Shown: positions 13,301 through 22,990 of the stretch, one piece after another | How positions within the stretch are numbered: the first letter of the stretch is position 1 | Layout: each line of letters begins with the position of its first letter | Virus record (IMG/VR): IMGVR_UViG_3300011335_000766 | Coordinates: 1-43,931 of that record | Strand: one strand, 5' to 3' | DNA from: a virus | Taxonomy: Duplodnaviria; Caudoviricetes | Length of the DNA: 43,931 nt | The notes under the pieces: generated by a model | Told to the model about the DNA's origin: nothing | The model's database searches: none | What the model saw: the letters and a program-made list of their open reading frames with translations, nothing else | Position numbers and translations under genes: made by a program

Positions 13301-16300
13301 AAGTAATCCAGGCAAGTTTGTGTTTGGCCAGCAGATATACGATCAACGAGTGAGAGAATTAGATCAGTTTGGAACCGCAGTAAGCTACACCAATGGTGTG
13401 CTGATGGTAGGCAGCCCAGGTAGTGATGTTGATGACAGCACTTTAAGTGAATTGAATTATGGCCGTGTGTCAGTATTTAGAAACGCTAATCAATCTCCAG
13501 CTTGGGCAGTGATACACGAACAGTTGCCAGTGGTTGATATCGCATTGATCAATTCAGTGTACAGTTACAGCGCGATGACCGGAGCTAAGACCAACTTCTT
13601 TGATTTCTTTGATCCATTGCAAGGCAAGATTCTAGGAGCAGCAGCAGAAAATATCAATTACATTGGTGCTATAGATCCTGCAGCCTACAATGTAGGTGCT
13701 GTGAATAACTATGGTAGGATCTGGGCTGCTACACATGTGGGCGAAATCTGGTGGGATACCAGCACAGTGAGATTTATCGATCCCAATCAGGACAATGTCA
13801 CCTATGCTGCACGCCGTTGGGGACAAGTGTTCCCAGGATCCGTGGTATCAATTTATCAATGGGTCAGCAGTAGTGTAGCACCGGCAAACTATACCGGCCC
13901 CGGAACTCCTCGTGATGTGGTCAGTTACAATGTGATCACTGGATTAAATCCTGATAATATTTTTGCTACCACTTACTATTTCTGGGTACAAGGTATTACT
14001 ACCATTAACACCAGTTCAGGAAAAACACTCAGCACCACTGGCATTGCAAGATACATCGAAGATCCTCGCAGTTCAGGCATTCCTTATGTGGCATTTTTGA
14101 GTGCCAGCGCCACAGGTATCTACAATGCTGTGAATGAAATCTCTGCACAGGATACCATACTCAGCATTGAGTTTGATCGTGAATTGACAGATGCCAATGT
14201 CCATGTTCAATACAGTTTGATTCCACAAGATCGCGCCGACGGATTCTTGCCTGACAACTTGTATCTGAAATTACAGGATAGTTTGTGCGGCGTGAATACA
14301 ACTGGAGCCAAGGTTCCGGACCCAGGACTTAGCATAGCCAACCGTTATGGTGTGCAGTTCCGACCACGACAGAGCATGTTCGCTGATAGATTCTTAGCAT
14401 TGAAGAATTACTTCACCAGAGTCAACTCGGTGCTGTTACAATATCCTATCACTGAAATACGCAGTTTTCCATTGCTGTACAGCAGAGAACCAGAACCACC
14501 TGCAGGATCCGGTGCATGGAACAAACGAGTGCTGGATCTTGAAGAACTCAGTTATCAAGACTTGGCCACAGTACCTGTGGGATATCTATATCTAGTGGCG
14601 AGTGATTCGTCCCAGAATGGTCTATGGACCATCTATAGTGTTACCTCGGCAAAGACTTTTGCTACATTGGATCTAGTTCGAGTACAGAACTATGACACTC
14701 GTAGATACTGGAATCATGTTGATTGGTATCTGCCCGGCTACAATCGTAGCAAACAGATCATTGCCACAGTGGCTGTATACAGCGATCTCCGCAAGTTAAG
14801 CGTGTATCAGGCACCGGTAGGATCCAGTGCGCGAGTAACTGCCAATGCTCAGGGTAGATGGGAAATCTATCTTCGTGCAGCTACCAACACATGGGAAAGA
14901 GTTGCAGTACAAGATGGTACTATAGAACTTTCTGCGGTATTGTGGGATTACCAATTAGGAAGATTTGGATTTGATGTTGAAGTGTTTGATGCACAATACT
15001 TTGATCAAGAACCTGTGATTGAGACCCGTAAAATAATCCAATCTATCAATCAGGAATTGTTAGTTGATGAATTATTGATAGAACGAAACCGTGCATTGGT
15101 CTTGATGTTCAACTTTGTGTTGAGCGAGTTTGAAGCACCTGATTGGTTGAGCAAGACTTCGTTGATTGATGTAGATCACACCATCCGTGAATTGTTACCA
15201 TTCCAGACCTATCGTCAAGACAATCAAGACTTTGTGATTGATTATATCAAGGAAGTCAAACCTTACCATGTACAGATTCGTGAACTAAATCTCATTTACA
15301 ACGGATTAGATGACTATCAAGGAACACTCACAGATTTTGATGTGCCTGCATACTATGATACCGATGTGATTCCCAATCAGTTTGTAAGTCCAATTCTTAC
15401 TCCTTATACAGTGAGCACAGCCGTTGGTACAGGTACTGCCAGCGATATAAGTGATGCAGCACCTGACAGTGCGGTCTGGCAGACTGAACCTTGGAATTTC
15501 TGGTACGACAACTACAAATTAGGCGTAGTTGGAGTAACTGTAGCCGAAGCCGGATCAGGATACACCGTGGCACCTACCGCAGTGGTCAGCGGCGATTGCA
15601 CAGTACCTTCTGTGCTTACTGTAAATATCAACAGTGCTGGCCGTATCACTGGTGTGGATGTGATCAGCACAGGATCTGGATATACCACAACTGCCATCAT
15701 CACACTGGAAGGCGGCAATGGCACCGGCGGACAATTAGTAGCACTAATGGCCAACGCCTTAGTTGATGATACAGCTTATAATTTGGTGCGTAGTTTTGAT
15801 GTCACAATGAAGTATGACAGATATCAATATGTCAGTACCATTGTTGATTGGGAAGCTAATGTGTCATATGACAACGGTACCCAAGTGCGCTATGATAACA
15901 GAGTGTGGGAAGCTAACAGTTCGGATTCCACAGGAGTTGAGACTGCTACATTTGATCCTGCAGATTGGTTGCTGGTAAATGCTGCCACTCTAAGTGGTGT
16001 GGACCGTACCATGGGATTGTATGTGCCCACAGTAAACGAGCCCGGGTTAGATTTGAGTTTGTTGATTGATGGTGTAAGTTATCCTGGAGTACAAGTTAGT
16101 GCTCCAACATTCAATCAAAATACTGGATTCGATGTAGGTAACTGGGATATAAATCCCTGGGATAACATTGCATACGGTCCTGAAGGCCTGCCGACATATG
16201 ATCCAGGAATCTTAGATGCAATATACGAAAGTAGATTCTTAGATATCTATCTAGGATTACGCCCCACTGACATCAATGTGGTGGGTGGCGAGTTTGTAGG

Positions 16301-18398
16301 ACCTTACGAAAGTCACGCACCTGAAGAACTAGTGCCCGGTTCCGAATTTGATACCATGGACTTCCGTGTTTACACCCGTCCAGGATCAGATTGGGACTTC
16401 AATGGACATGGATTTGCTTGGAAGATTGTGAAATGGGTATACAACAGCACCGAGGCATACACACAGAGTTTCGCTGATATCATATCAAATCCTGTGCAGA
16501 TTCGTATGACCAATCAAACACAGCGTCGAGACCTCACTGCTGATATTGCGTATTCCGTGGATTGGGTCAACAACTTTGTAACCATAATTCCTAGTGTAAG
16601 CTCACCACCAGCAGCCAATGGTGATGTATTAGTACTCAGTGTATTTGGTATCGGTGGCGGTAATCAACTGTATAAAAACAGTTTTAATGGTGGGGATGTT
16701 GGTAACTTCTTGAACATTCCTGTAGCAGATGCAGAAATCTTTGACATGGCTATCTTTGTGAATGGTGTATTGATTACCAATTATACATATGTGGCAGGTG
16801 TTAACAATAGCACAGACATCTTGTTCTCTGACACATACATTTACTCAGATGAGATCAATGTAACTGCCATTGGTGCTACTGATGGATCATTACCTTACAC
16901 TTGGTCCACTCCACTGACACAGACATTTGTGAGTTATGGCCAGTTGGATTACATGCTAGACAATTCTATGTCGGGTACCAACATTGCCAACTTGATCGTG
17001 GAGGTAAATGGTATCCGTGCAAGACCACCAGAAGGTGCATTGTACATCGCTGATGGTAGTTCGGGATATGCACTACCTAACCGTGGTGGATACAGTCTCG
17101 GCCTGGTCTCTGACAACGATGTGTATGTGTGGGTAAACAATGAAAGACTCACGCTAGGTAGTGATTACATCGTTGAACCATTCACTGGTAGTGACACAAG
17201 ATATGTTGATATCTTTACCGCACCGAGCATTGGGTCTGAAGTATTGATTAGCGTGACTACTAAAGCAGATTATATCATCCAGGATGACAGCAGCAGCATA
17301 GACAATTATCAGTTATTGTTCCGCACATCAGGTGGATTCTATCCACAGTACGGTGATATCGTAAGTGTAACATCATGGAATGACACAGCACAACAAAGCA
17401 TAGATACATTGTTGTGGCAAGGTCCTGTGACCGAAGGTTCGGTAATAACAGAACCATTTGATTCCTTACCATTTGATTCAGGAACAGTTACCGGTGAGTC
17501 AGGAAGTTTTGACTACACCGAAGGTATACAAGTTATTGTCAACGATTTCCAACTTGGTAGAACCGTTCTCGACCCAACTAGAATGTGGGTTACAAAGAAT
17601 GGTGATCGTATCTTCTACGGCGATGACTATTTGGTTGTTGGCCAAGAGCTTGTTCTTCATGGCCCGGCAATTGGTGTGACCGATGTGGTAGTAGCTCAAT
17701 TGTTCACTGATTCAGTAGTACCCGACGCCATGGAATTCCGTATATTCCAAGACATGCGCGGAGTACAGGCAACCTATCGTATGACTCCATCAACTACAAC
17801 CACTTTGGCAGAACCATTGCGTAAAGATCAAGACATAATTTATGTTAATAATGCCAGCGCATTGACACAGCCTAACTTAGAAGCCAATGTCTGGGGTATC
17901 ATCACCATCAACGGTGAGCGTATCATGTATCGTGTACTTGATTTAAACACTAACACAGTCAGTAGTTTGATGCGTGGTACAGCAGGTACAGCAGTAGCCG
18001 ATCACGCTGTGGATAGTATCGTGTACAATCTGGGCCAAGGTAACTTAGCACCTGCAATCTACCAAGATCAAATAGTGTACACCAACACATTAGCAGATGG
18101 CGTTACAACAACATTCACTGCTGATAACATCGATCTCAGTGAGTTGACTTTGAGTTTTGCTGAACAGGCCATCCTGGTGTATGTTGCCGGATTGAGAGTG
18201 ACCGCCGGATACATTGTGGATTCTGTAGCACCTGCTACTATCACATTTGCAACTGCACCCACAGCAGGATATGAAGTTTCTATTCGTGTAAGACAAGCCT
18301 TGGGTTGGTATCAACCGGCCAATGGCAATCCCTCAGATGGACAAGCATTACAAATAACCCAAACTGATGCCGCAAGGTTCTTCAGAGGACAAAACTAA
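4344..18398 (+). CDS. Giant (4684 aa) multidomain virion/baseplate protein with FG-GAP-like repeats, CBM5/12-like modules and repeated beta-rich domains
   Basis: An uninterrupted 14-kb ORF coupled to the gp6-like gene by a TAATG overlap. It shows seven FG...GAP/GSP/GTP repeats, three W-x4-Y-x2-G-x2-V modules, DGTTxxF repeats and FDxxxFD repeats. Confidence 0.8.
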   Translation: MARTRTVDFLPPIFQTTTNKQFLAATLDQLVQEPQFKKTQGFVGRHVGPGVNPNDYYVVEPTASRANYQLEPGVISLVPDTNDISDAVTYPGITDAIARQGGFTNDAARLYTSEYYSWDPFINFDKFSNYSQYYWLPAGPLAVDVSATVVPTTDTFDVTRADNYYEFSGVAGENPTITLVRGGNYEFVVNQTPNQFWIQAEPGVNGVLPYAPNISSRTVLGVTNNGEDSGKITFDVPYKNAQQFYYDLDLIPSIPTPGQVDLLTTTLQFDQVNNVFLSTFLEQYPDGIDGITNLQNRTIVFTNTIADPEDGGWLITTQFDPLVQATSNNGLPGSFDYLTYDQTTPILDVNTRYSVWLIQYQYTTGGEPILKLSSVTPCAEFTKFTVLFGAEWSTTQWYRNAEGYFEQIPLLTAVKDLLWYQDGTNPEIFGQIRIVDPTQAQTINVDTDILGKKNYLSPNGVAFTNNLQITFRGSVVPTSYQNQTYYVAGVGTAIQLLPVGNYVTPEPYTESSTIPFDSLPFDVGNFDGSLNQPLQLDYITMALDSPDLNAWTRSNRWFHIDVITASAVYNNTTAVLDNAQRAKRPIVEFRGGTRLYNMGTEAKQPVNIIDLKETDALSNINGQIGYAVDGYIFQQGTRVIFAKDLDDQVRNKIYVVNFINPATGPLPDSTLVAEPVIDLVPADDAVALIDQCVVCLSGVTLQGTTFRYDGVAWTQAQQKTTINQTPMFDVYDQNGYSLGNLAVYPSSTFSTTKNNLGDIVGGNALFSYALGTSGIADTVLGFPLRYLSLNNVGDIVFDNNLYSDTFIYVKDNVSTTENVSIGYVKQYANRTVYQKEIGWQTAEVKSLIYQQFSFTYELNTPLVLDVAVIVPTGIIPSVKVFVGSVFQDPGTYSYTTTSNTTSITFGPTAVIVPGDVIEVLALSDQVSAVGFYQVPINLENNPLNSNSSSFTLGTIRTHYDSIAQNLVNLTGKINGANNSRDLGNIVPYGLIILQQSSPMTLAGYFLRKPDYDIFASLEYNSRLYEKFKAQFLNQAVSGDYVNLTIPEILDAVFSELNTGRTSSNPFYWSDMLPTGTVYTQLQTTVTPITGQVFDLTQVYNYTSANYQGLLVYVNDRLLTRNIEYVVSIDAPIFTIIPTLAVGDVVTIQEYDATYGSYVPNTPTKLGLYPAYVPEIFLDETYVDPVFVIRGHDGSITRTFGDFRDQLLLEYEIRVYNNLKLDGNPIPLTADEVIPGEFRTTDYTQTEIQDILNQDFLTWVGWNKLDYKTQEYLPTNQFTWNYSTASNKLTANEPLVIGAWRGLYNYFYDTIYPNTRPWEMLGFSERPIWWENQYGPAPYTSGNLVLWGDLAAGLVRDPVAPYVRPEYVRPGLLDVIPAGSEGALLSPMEVLVGNFNSNNFRRSWVAGDDGPVENAWRTSSSYPFAIMRLLALTRPAEFFSLFADRDLYKFDTDYNQYLYNGRYRLDANGIEVYGNGTSKASYIDWIVDFNRQSGINSTTALTADLKNLDVRLCYRMASFSGKNLLGIYTEKSSPNSLNSSLLLPDDSYNLLFYKNVPFAQLTYSSVIIQSTSTGWAVYGYNMSQPYFNILQSQVNGNLATVSAGGSSVRVPISYTNNVVQIPYGYVFTNQTLVADFLLSYGALLQSQGLVFKTLENGYVLDWNQMVSEFLYWSNQGWDTGAIINLNPGASELIVERAGAIVDSIAVQTVENMVLNADRTPFNARDLVIERLDNTFTIRSLTPETINFLNIKFTNYENMIVLDNTSIFADLLYDPVTGARQSRVRLVGWTTTEWNGQLDAQGFILNQDNIKPWDPLKKYARGEIVKWKNTYYSATDIVQPSAEFDINNWTISDYTLVQQGLLPNLANKSDQLANTYNIYTANLELNQDLFGYALIGWKPRQYMVNLNLDSTSQVSLYQQFLGSKGTLRAAEIFSFADLGRGLTQYDIYENWAVLRGTYGANANRSFYELQLNEALLTSNPGTIQVVIPGESSLADQPVLLSNLWKSSYKITSPDILTTTTIPITDTALPSAGYVNFDDVDVTVFDITDTASLNAAIDYIGVGTTIWVAKINNYDWGIYRTGQLPGYLISVTTNLDGTSVFTFTQSHGITAGTLFIVRFFSDEVNGVYEVLNVPNPNQLVANFSFTNANQITASGVGIGFVLQTQRVSQASDVINLPYANSLIPGNKVWVDNNGLDLWQVLEKQDVFTSAAEIKATAPVSNSQFGQSVVQSKNNLYVIVGSPGYDSDVGAVYTFIRTSINPFVENSILQLGNAVDTVGFGHAISVGNETWQVVGAPASYNSRGYASVIYRTPGTASFINSAILTVPDPRDLKYPAEFGYSVAVSRDERWMYIGAPGVNKVFAYGLVEVQSQSVKYTTDGTTSIFNYSDSIVIDFQEPEQITVVLNNQLLTYGVDYTQTSTSIVFATAPVSDLVLQIIRRTTASYVGDGTTRTFSLNEKLYSAVNIYSFKVVLDGVLQRPNIDYTFDADNSSVGRDLIFVTAPVLNAAIIVTTNSYYTFVDTLEFTTTCTASISGSTMTVSSVPVGAPPLTKGMILSGTGVAKGTRITALISGTGGTGTYQVTPGQTISANITARLPDGARFGENIACTTDGRQVMIGTPNDYYDGTENAGAVYVYDRSVQNFVITDPAQTSYTVDGNLLVAPTSVILNNTFLTNTDGNITGSFSVSGPTVTVTSTLAVGDILQIQANTFNLLQIIGANVPNSGSNFGAAVDICRYSCSLYTGAPQESSVLDSAGSVQRNVNQSRVYGTITSTNANTLLVPGQTLRINDQEIAVSAPDYWSNSSTYAKGDIVEYAQALYIATRTVPAGTALTDTTYWQLSSWTAVLAQDINASGIANVVATVGASGTSNYSLLTISVKNLLASEEGNRLTVLPGLIGTVFQSLGFDTFVYTQTITSPAPVINAGFGTAINIDTSALTLTVGAPGGNLYRPNTFDSGTTYFDSRTTTFNGPLYQSGVVYTYDYLRSVGDSASNPGKFVFGQQIYDQRVRELDQFGTAVSYTNGVLMVGSPGSDVDDSTLSELNYGRVSVFRNANQSPAWAVIHEQLPVVDIALINSVYSYSAMTGAKTNFFDFFDPLQGKILGAAAENINYIGAIDPAAYNVGAVNNYGRIWAATHVGEIWWDTSTVRFIDPNQDNVTYAARRWGQVFPGSVVSIYQWVSSSVAPANYTGPGTPRDVVSYNVITGLNPDNIFATTYYFWVQGITTINTSSGKTLSTTGIARYIEDPRSSGIPYVAFLSASATGIYNAVNEISAQDTILSIEFDRELTDANVHVQYSLIPQDRADGFLPDNLYLKLQDSLCGVNTTGAKVPDPGLSIANRYGVQFRPRQSMFADRFLALKNYFTRVNSVLLQYPITEIRSFPLLYSREPEPPAGSGAWNKRVLDLEELSYQDLATVPVGYLYLVASDSSQNGLWTIYSVTSAKTFATLDLVRVQNYDTRRYWNHVDWYLPGYNRSKQIIATVAVYSDLRKLSVYQAPVGSSARVTANAQGRWEIYLRAATNTWERVAVQDGTIELSAVLWDYQLGRFGFDVEVFDAQYFDQEPVIETRKIIQSINQELLVDELLIERNRALVLMFNFVLSEFEAPDWLSKTSLIDVDHTIRELLPFQTYRQDNQDFVIDYIKEVKPYHVQIRELNLIYNGLDDYQGTLTDFDVPAYYDTDVIPNQFVSPILTPYTVSTAVGTGTASDISDAAPDSAVWQTEPWNFWYDNYKLGVVGVTVAEAGSGYTVAPTAVVSGDCTVPSVLTVNINSAGRITGVDVISTGSGYTTTAIITLEGGNGTGGQLVALMANALVDDTAYNLVRSFDVTMKYDRYQYVSTIVDWEANVSYDNGTQVRYDNRVWEANSSDSTGVETATFDPADWLLVNAATLSGVDRTMGLYVPTVNEPGLDLSLLIDGVSYPGVQVSAPTFNQNTGFDVGNWDINPWDNIAYGPEGLPTYDPGILDAIYESRFLDIYLGLRPTDINVVGGEFVGPYESHAPEELVPGSEFDTMDFRVYTRPGSDWDFNGHGFAWKIVKWVYNSTEAYTQSFADIISNPVQIRMTNQTQRRDLTADIAYSVDWVNNFVTIIPSVSSPPAANGDVLVLSVFGIGGGNQLYKNSFNGGDVGNFLNIPVADAEIFDMAIFVNGVLITNYTYVAGVNNSTDILFSDTYIYSDEINVTAIGATDGSLPYTWSTPLTQTFVSYGQLDYMLDNSMSGTNIANLIVEVNGIRARPPEGALYIADGSSGYALPNRGGYSLGLVSDNDVYVWVNNERLTLGSDYIVEPFTGSDTRYVDIFTAPSIGSEVLISVTTKADYIIQDDSSSIDNYQLLFRTSGGFYPQYGDIVSVTSWNDTAQQSIDTLLWQGPVTEGSVITEPFDSLPFDSGTVTGESGSFDYTEGIQVIVNDFQLGRTVLDPTRMWVTKNGDRIFYGDDYLVVGQELVLHGPAIGVTDVVVAQLFTDSVVPDAMEFRIFQDMRGVQATYRMTPSTTTTLAEPLRKDQDIIYVNNASALTQPNLEANVWGIITINGERIMYRVLDLNTNTVSSLMRGTAGTAVADHAVDSIVYNLGQGNLAPAIYQDQIVYTNTLADGVTTTFTADNIDLSELTLSFAEQAILVYVAGLRVTAGYIVDSVAPATITFATAPTAGYEVSIRVRQALGWYQPANGNPSDGQALQITQTDAARFFRGQN

Positions 18399-18406
18399 GG
18401 TAAATA
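18399..18406 (+). promoter_or_regulatory. T4-type late promoter-like motif (GGTAAATA)
   Basis: It follows the stop of the giant gene directly and lies 4 nt before the ATG at 18411. The octamer is identical to 866-873. Confidence 0.6.
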
Positions 18407-18410
18407 AATC

Positions 18411-18557
18411 ATGCAGCAAAATCAGCAGACTAAACCACAGCCACCAAAACCACAGCCCGCGGCTCGGCCAAACGAGCGTGGTACCATCGCGGTTTCGGGA
18501 TTTTTGAAGATTTCAGATCCAGAAACCAAGCAAGTATTTGTGGAGACACGAGCATGA
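18411..18557 (+). CDS. Small 48-aa protein (absent from ORF track), similar to the N-terminus of the downstream gene
   Basis: Hand translation: MQQNQQTKPQPPKPQPAARPNERGTIAVSGFLKISDPETKQVFVETRA*. It fills the gap exactly, follows a TAAATA motif and overlaps the next gene by ATGA. Confidence 0.75.
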   Translation: MQQNQQTKPQPPKPQPAARPNERGTIAVSGFLKISDPETKQVFVETRA

Positions 18558-19168
18558 TGATACCTGTTCAAGTACAAGGATTTGTAAAGATCTTTGATCC
18601 AGTTAGTGGCGAAGTTTTTGTGGATAAAAAGAATGCTATCCACTACGAGAACATGAGTATCAGTCTTGCTGAAACTCTCAGCAATCGTACCCTTGCACAG
18701 GGTGGCGGGTGGATCTATCTCATGGCATTTGGTAATGGTGGTAGTTCCGTGGATCCTACTGGCGTGATTACCTATTTGCCGCCTAATACTACCGGTGCTA
18801 ACGCTGATCTTTACAATGAAACCTATGCTAAAGTAGTGGATGATAATTCCGCAGCAGACACCGATGTGACCAATAATTACATGCAAGTTCTGCATACCAG
18901 TGGACAAGTTTATACAGATATCCTAGTTAGTTGTTTGTTGGATTACGGAGCAGTTCCGGGACAGCAAGCATTTGACAACAGCACAAATTTCAACGGCGAA
19001 TATGTGTTTGATGAACTAGGACTCAAAGCAGTCACCGGAGAAGACCTGACGCAACTACGATTGTTGACGCATGTGATCTTCCACCCAGTGCAAAAGAGTC
19101 TGAATCGTCAGATCCAGATTGATTATACTGTACGGATACAGACCTTAACTAACCTAAGTACAGTATAA
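18554..19168 (+). CDS. Putative virion structural (baseplate/tail-fibre attachment) protein
   Basis: 204 aa with MAFGNGG, FDELGL and LLTHVIFHPVQKSLNRQIQIDYTVRI. These resemble the E(L/A)GL...K...I-Y-L pattern of tail-collar/fibre-attachment proteins. It lies between baseplate and fibre genes. Confidence 0.65.
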   Translation: MMIPVQVQGFVKIFDPVSGEVFVDKKNAIHYENMSISLAETLSNRTLAQGGGWIYLMAFGNGGSSVDPTGVITYLPPNTTGANADLYNETYAKVVDDNSAADTDVTNNYMQVLHTSGQVYTDILVSCLLDYGAVPGQQAFDNSTNFNGEYVFDELGLKAVTGEDLTQLRLLTHVIFHPVQKSLNRQIQIDYTVRIQTLTNLSTV

Positions 19169-19196
19169 ATATGTGTATATTAACAGGTAATAAATA
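19164..19196 (+). promoter_or_regulatory. Tandem late promoter motifs: TATAAATA (19164-19171) and AATAAATA (19189-19196)
   Basis: An exact T4 late consensus overlaps the upstream stop codon and a second copy lies 25 nt downstream. GGAG (SD-like) precedes the ATG at 19222. Confidence 0.7.
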
Positions 19197-19221
19197 CCTA
19201 TAAGATTCGGAGCAAGCAAAC

Positions 19222-20619
19222 ATGTCATATACAATCACTCTCACAGATGGTCAGATTTTCGCGGTAATACCAGACGGTACCATCAACACCAGTTCAAGCA
19301 TGACCCTGGTGGGCAAAAACTACGCCGGTTACGGCCAGTTCATCAACGACGATATAATCCGTTTGTTGGAAAATGGTTCCAACACCACAGCACCCGGAGC
19401 ACCGCTAGTGGGTCAACTATGGTGGGATCAGACCACAGACACTATGAAAGTGTACAATGGTACCACATTCAAAGTGATTTCCGGTGCCACTGCGTCGGCC
19501 AGTGCGCCAACATCAAATGTAGCAGGCGATCTATGGTACGATAGCACTAACGCCCAGCTCAATGTTTACAGCGGATCAGCATTTATCTTGGTAGGTCCAG
19601 CGTATACCGCAGGCACAGGTGTAACTGGTGCCATTCCTGCAACTATCACTGATACTGATGCTGTAAGCCATGTGGTGGTAGAATTGTATGTTAACGATTC
19701 TATCGTGGGTATAGTAAGCAAAGATGCATCATTTAATCCTCAGATTGCGATTCCGGGCTTTGCATCCAATGTTCGCCCAGGTATTACACTGGCAACAACA
19801 GTGTCTGGCGTAGGTCAATATTTCCAAGGTACCGCAAACAACGCAAACACAGTGGGCAATATAGCTGCTTCAGGATTTGTACAAACCACAACCAATCAGA
19901 CCATGACAGGTACCTTGGGTATCTTAAATGATTCAGGATTGAGTGTTGGTGCTGATTCTGACTTCCGTGCTTCGGTGACCGGAAGTGATGTATTCTTACG
20001 CAATCAAACACAAGATGGTAATTTAACACTTCAGATCAATGATGGTGGTGTTACAACTACCTTGATCCAAATGTATGGTGCCAACTCAATGACCAGTATT
20101 CCTAACAGCGTGACTGTGAACACAATTGGTGGCGCGACTGCTATTGTAAATGGTGCAGGTAATGCTGTAGGCAATATTGGGTCTAGTTCTAGTTATTTCA
20201 ACACAGTATATGCACAGGCTACCACAGCACTTTATGCTGACGTGGCAGAGCGTTTTGCATCTGATGAAATTTATGAGCCGGGAACAGTGGTTGAACTAGG
20301 TGGCTCGGCAGAAATTACTCGTGTTCAACTTGATGCCAGCGATAAGGTGTTTGGTGTTATCTCTACACGCCCTGCATTCACAATGAATGGTGGCGCCGGG
20401 GACAACGACACACATCCTCCAGTGGCCATGACAGGTCGTGTTCCTGTTAAAGTTACTGGTGTAGTTAACAAAGGTGATCGATTGATTTCCGCTGGTGACG
20501 GCTTGGCTCGTTCGGCACAGCCCGGAGAAGCAACTTCTTTTAATGTTATTGGTCGTGCGTTGACTAGCAAGAACACCGCAGAAGCGGGCACAGTTGAAGC
20601 TATCGTAACAATCAAATAA
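19222..20619 (+). CDS. Tail fibre/spike protein with C-terminal intramolecular chaperone (Peptidase_G2/IMC-like) domain
   Basis: The N-terminus has LVGKNYAGYGQ...LLEN...P.GQLWWD with a repeated GDLWYD. The C-terminus reads YADVAERF...EPGTVV...GVIST.PA..MN...PVAMTGRVPVKV.G.V.KGD.L. Confidence 0.75.
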   Translation: MSYTITLTDGQIFAVIPDGTINTSSSMTLVGKNYAGYGQFINDDIIRLLENGSNTTAPGAPLVGQLWWDQTTDTMKVYNGTTFKVISGATASASAPTSNVAGDLWYDSTNAQLNVYSGSAFILVGPAYTAGTGVTGAIPATITDTDAVSHVVVELYVNDSIVGIVSKDASFNPQIAIPGFASNVRPGITLATTVSGVGQYFQGTANNANTVGNIAASGFVQTTTNQTMTGTLGILNDSGLSVGADSDFRASVTGSDVFLRNQTQDGNLTLQINDGGVTTTLIQMYGANSMTSIPNSVTVNTIGGATAIVNGAGNAVGNIGSSSSYFNTVYAQATTALYADVAERFASDEIYEPGTVVELGGSAEITRVQLDASDKVFGVISTRPAFTMNGGAGDNDTHPPVAMTGRVPVKVTGVVNKGDRLISAGDGLARSAQPGEATSFNVIGRALTSKNTAEAGTVEAIVTIK

Positions 20620-20631
20620 TAGGAAACAGAT

Positions 20632-21618
20632 ATGACTTATTCAACAGGCAGTGTGGTACTGGCAAATGATTACAACACTTTTGCCGGGCAAGTTAACAAC
20701 ATCTGGGGCACCGGCGCTGGTGATTCCGGGTGGGGCCAGACAGCAATCGGTGCTGTAAGCACCGGTGGTATAGTAACCGCTACCAACTGGGCCACCTTGG
20801 TTAACAATCTCGCCGCCGCAGGGGCTCAAACCAATACAACCATAACATCAAGATCAGCACCTACCACAGGAACACTGATCAGTATCTTGCCAGCTGTATC
20901 CACAGACATTACTAATGTTACAGTTAACCGTGGTAATGCTGTAGGACAAGGAACCACTAGCTCAACTTGGACCGGCAACACTGCTAAAACAAGTGCCACT
21001 GGCGATGGAACATCGGCTTGGACTATTAGTTGGACACAAACAATAACATTTGCTAGTGCAAATGCCGCTAGATATTTCTTTAATGCCGGCGGACTGATAC
21101 GGTTGGACATGAGCAAAACATCAACAGGTACAGATATCGATGCAGATTGGAATGCCTTTGTGGGTCAAGTTGGTACCTTGTATTTCAGCGGTCGAGTTAA
21201 CAGTTCAGCACAGACTATTGCTGGCGTAAGTTATACCGGTACTACTCGTATTGGTGGCACAGGCGGCACACAGACCTTTTTGGCTTCAACCACTGGATAC
21301 TATCAACTCACGCCCGGTGCCGGCAACGCTCAGTTGTTCCAATTAAATGACGGTAGTGTATATGCCGGTAACGATATTCGGGTCTATGTTGCACTAAATG
21401 CAGGATCTACAGCAATTACATTTCTTACGACCTGGAACCAAACAGCCGTGAATCTGCCCGGCCAAACTAACAATATTTCAGGTGGAACTGATACTGCTAG
21501 TCCCTATAGTGGATTTGGAACAGCGCCGGCTGTATTATGCCGATATATTCCGCCATCAACCACATATTTGACAACAGCTAGTTGGGGAACCCCAGCTGTT
21601 TCTTCTGCTGTGTCCTAA
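20632..21618 (+). CDS. Thr/Ser/Gly-rich putative virion structural protein (paralog A)
   Basis: 328 aa with an ARYFFNAGGLIR motif and very few charged residues. It follows the fibre gene with AGGA upstream and aligns end-to-end with the next gene. Confidence 0.7.
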   Translation: MTYSTGSVVLANDYNTFAGQVNNIWGTGAGDSGWGQTAIGAVSTGGIVTATNWATLVNNLAAAGAQTNTTITSRSAPTTGTLISILPAVSTDITNVTVNRGNAVGQGTTSSTWTGNTAKTSATGDGTSAWTISWTQTITFASANAARYFFNAGGLIRLDMSKTSTGTDIDADWNAFVGQVGTLYFSGRVNSSAQTIAGVSYTGTTRIGGTGGTQTFLASTTGYYQLTPGAGNAQLFQLNDGSVYAGNDIRVYVALNAGSTAITFLTTWNQTAVNLPGQTNNISGGTDTASPYSGFGTAPAVLCRYIPPSTTYLTTASWGTPAVSSAVS

Positions 21619-21880
21619 TAATATAATAGTAAACAGATATGACTTATACAACAGGCGGATTGATTGAGGCAAGTGATTATAACACTTTTCAAACCAACCT
21701 CAATAGTATTTGGAGCACAGGGTCGGGTGATTCCGGGTGGGGACAAACAGCAATCAGCGCAGTAAGTGTCGGTGGCCAAGTCACTGCTACTAACTGGGCT
21801 ACATTGGTCAATAATCTCTCCACCTCGGGCGCTCAAACCAATACAACCATAACATCAAGATCAGCACCTACCACAGGAAC
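20824..21880 (+). repeat. 50-bp perfect direct repeat shared by the two paralogs (20824-20873 and 21831-21880)
   Basis: gctcaaaccaatacaaccataacatcaagatcagcacctaccacaggaac occurs twice. A second 31-bp identity lies at 21206-21236 and 22216-22246. Confidence 0.9.
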
Positions 21881-22622
21881 GCTGATCAGCATCTTGGCCA
21901 ATGTATCTGCTGACATCAGTAGCTGCACAACCAATCGTGGTAATGCAACAAGTTCGGGTACAGAAGTTGGATATGCCAGCGGTACCACAGCCAAAACTTC
22001 TGCCACTAGTAACGGTTCTCAGGGTGCTTGGCAGATTCAATTCACACATACTGTGACATTTCCTAGTGCCGATCAAGCTAGATATTTCTGGAATGCTGGC
22101 GGCCGAGTTCGGTTGCAGTTTGGTAAATCAAGCACCGGCACAGACATTGATCCTGATTGGAATAGCTTTGCCGGACAGCCGGGGTCCATCTACATTACCG
22201 GCCGGGTCAATAGTGCAGCACAGACTATTGCTGGCGTAAGTTATACTGGAACCACACGCATCGGCGGGTCAGGCGGAACACAGGCCATATTGGCCACAAC
22301 CACTGGTTGGTATCAGTTAACTGGTACTCTCGCTAATCTCTTCCAACTTACTAATGCTACTTCCCCGTATACCGGAGAATATATTCTTACCCAAGCTTCA
22401 TCTTCGGCTACTGTGTTAACCTTGATCACAACTTGGTTCCAACCATCAAACACCACGGTGGGATCTACCACCAACATTTCGGGCGGTACAGCACCGGCAG
22501 TTGGTGCTACCACAATCACAGGAACCGCACCAACCACATTGTGTACATTTTTGCCACCATCAACCGCACAAGGATTGAGCAATAGTTGGGGCACACCCAC
22601 AATCGCTGCTTCAGTAGTCTAA
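21639..22622 (+). CDS. Thr/Ser/Gly-rich putative virion structural protein (paralog B)
   Basis: 327 aa with ARYFWNAGGRVR. It shares long identical peptides with paralog A (GAQTNTTITSRSAPTTGTLISIL, AQTIAGVSYTGTTRIGG). Confidence 0.7.
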   Translation: MTYTTGGLIEASDYNTFQTNLNSIWSTGSGDSGWGQTAISAVSVGGQVTATNWATLVNNLSTSGAQTNTTITSRSAPTTGTLISILANVSADISSCTTNRGNATSSGTEVGYASGTTAKTSATSNGSQGAWQIQFTHTVTFPSADQARYFWNAGGRVRLQFGKSSTGTDIDPDWNSFAGQPGSIYITGRVNSAAQTIAGVSYTGTTRIGGSGGTQAILATTTGWYQLTGTLANLFQLTNATSPYTGEYILTQASSSATVLTLITTWFQPSNTTVGSTTNISGGTAPAVGATTITGTAPTTLCTFLPPSTAQGLSNSWGTPTIAASVV

Positions 22623-22639
22623 TAGGCAAACCTCCACCG

Positions 22640-22668
22640 GGGCAAAAGGTAGACTTTTGCCCTTTTTT
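22640..22668 (+). terminator. Rho-independent terminator ending the structural block
   Basis: Perfect 9-bp stem GGGCAAAAG / CTTTTGCCC with a GTAGA loop, followed by TTTTTT, 18 nt after the stop at 22622. Confidence 0.88.
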
Positions 22669-22678
22669 CGTTTATAAT
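22650..22678 (+). promoter_or_regulatory. Sigma70-like promoter TAGACT-N17-TATAAT overlapping the terminator
   Basis: -35-like TAGACT at 22650-22655, 17-bp spacer, perfect TATAAT at 22673-22678. The ATG at 22685 falls at the expected +1. Confidence 0.65.
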
Positions 22679-22684
22679 ACTTCA

Positions 22685-22990
22685 ATGAATACTGACAACT
22701 TAATCGCTCACGCACGAGCCCGGTTTGATCATGTGGCCGCACGCCGTGTGTTGAAAGAAAAATACGAAGCCCGAATGTTATTCGCCTACAACGGCGGTAT
22801 GTGGCGTGCTGGACCCGAACTCTTGGTATTGTTGGCTACTGTGCCTCCGTGTGATGCAGTAGTGCTAGACTTGTATGAAACTCCTATACAGGTCAGACCC
22901 GAAGAGCTGCGCGGCATGGCCATGATGCGCTGGCAAGAACAGATGAATGCTTGGCATGTGGAACATGAACAACTGAACAAACAACGATGA
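22685..22990 (+). CDS. Hypothetical protein (101 aa; start revised from 22586)
   Basis: The ATG at 22685 follows the terminator/promoter, and the gene overlaps the next one by ATGA. The longer start in the track would run through the terminator and the previous gene. Confidence 0.75.
   Translation: MNTDNLIAHARARFDHVAARRVLKEKYEARMLFAYNGGMWRAGPELLVLLATVPPCDAVVLDLYETPIQVRPEELRGMAMMRWQEQMNAWHVEHEQLNKQR

Noticed and set aside
141-22600. Many short minus-strand and alternate-frame ORFs inside the structural genes, including 18422-18907 (161 aa)
   Set aside because: They are nested antisense to long motif-bearing genes and show no recognisable motifs, consistent with shadow ORFs from codon bias.
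20632-22622. Paralog pair as a DGR template/variable repeat or an invertible cassette
   Set aside because: Differences are not adenine-specific, both copies are full direct-orientation genes, and no reverse transcriptase or invertase is in the window.
22586-22684. N-terminal extension of the 134-aa ORF in the track
   Set aside because: It overlaps the previous gene and crosses the terminator. The ATG at 22685 fits the promoter.
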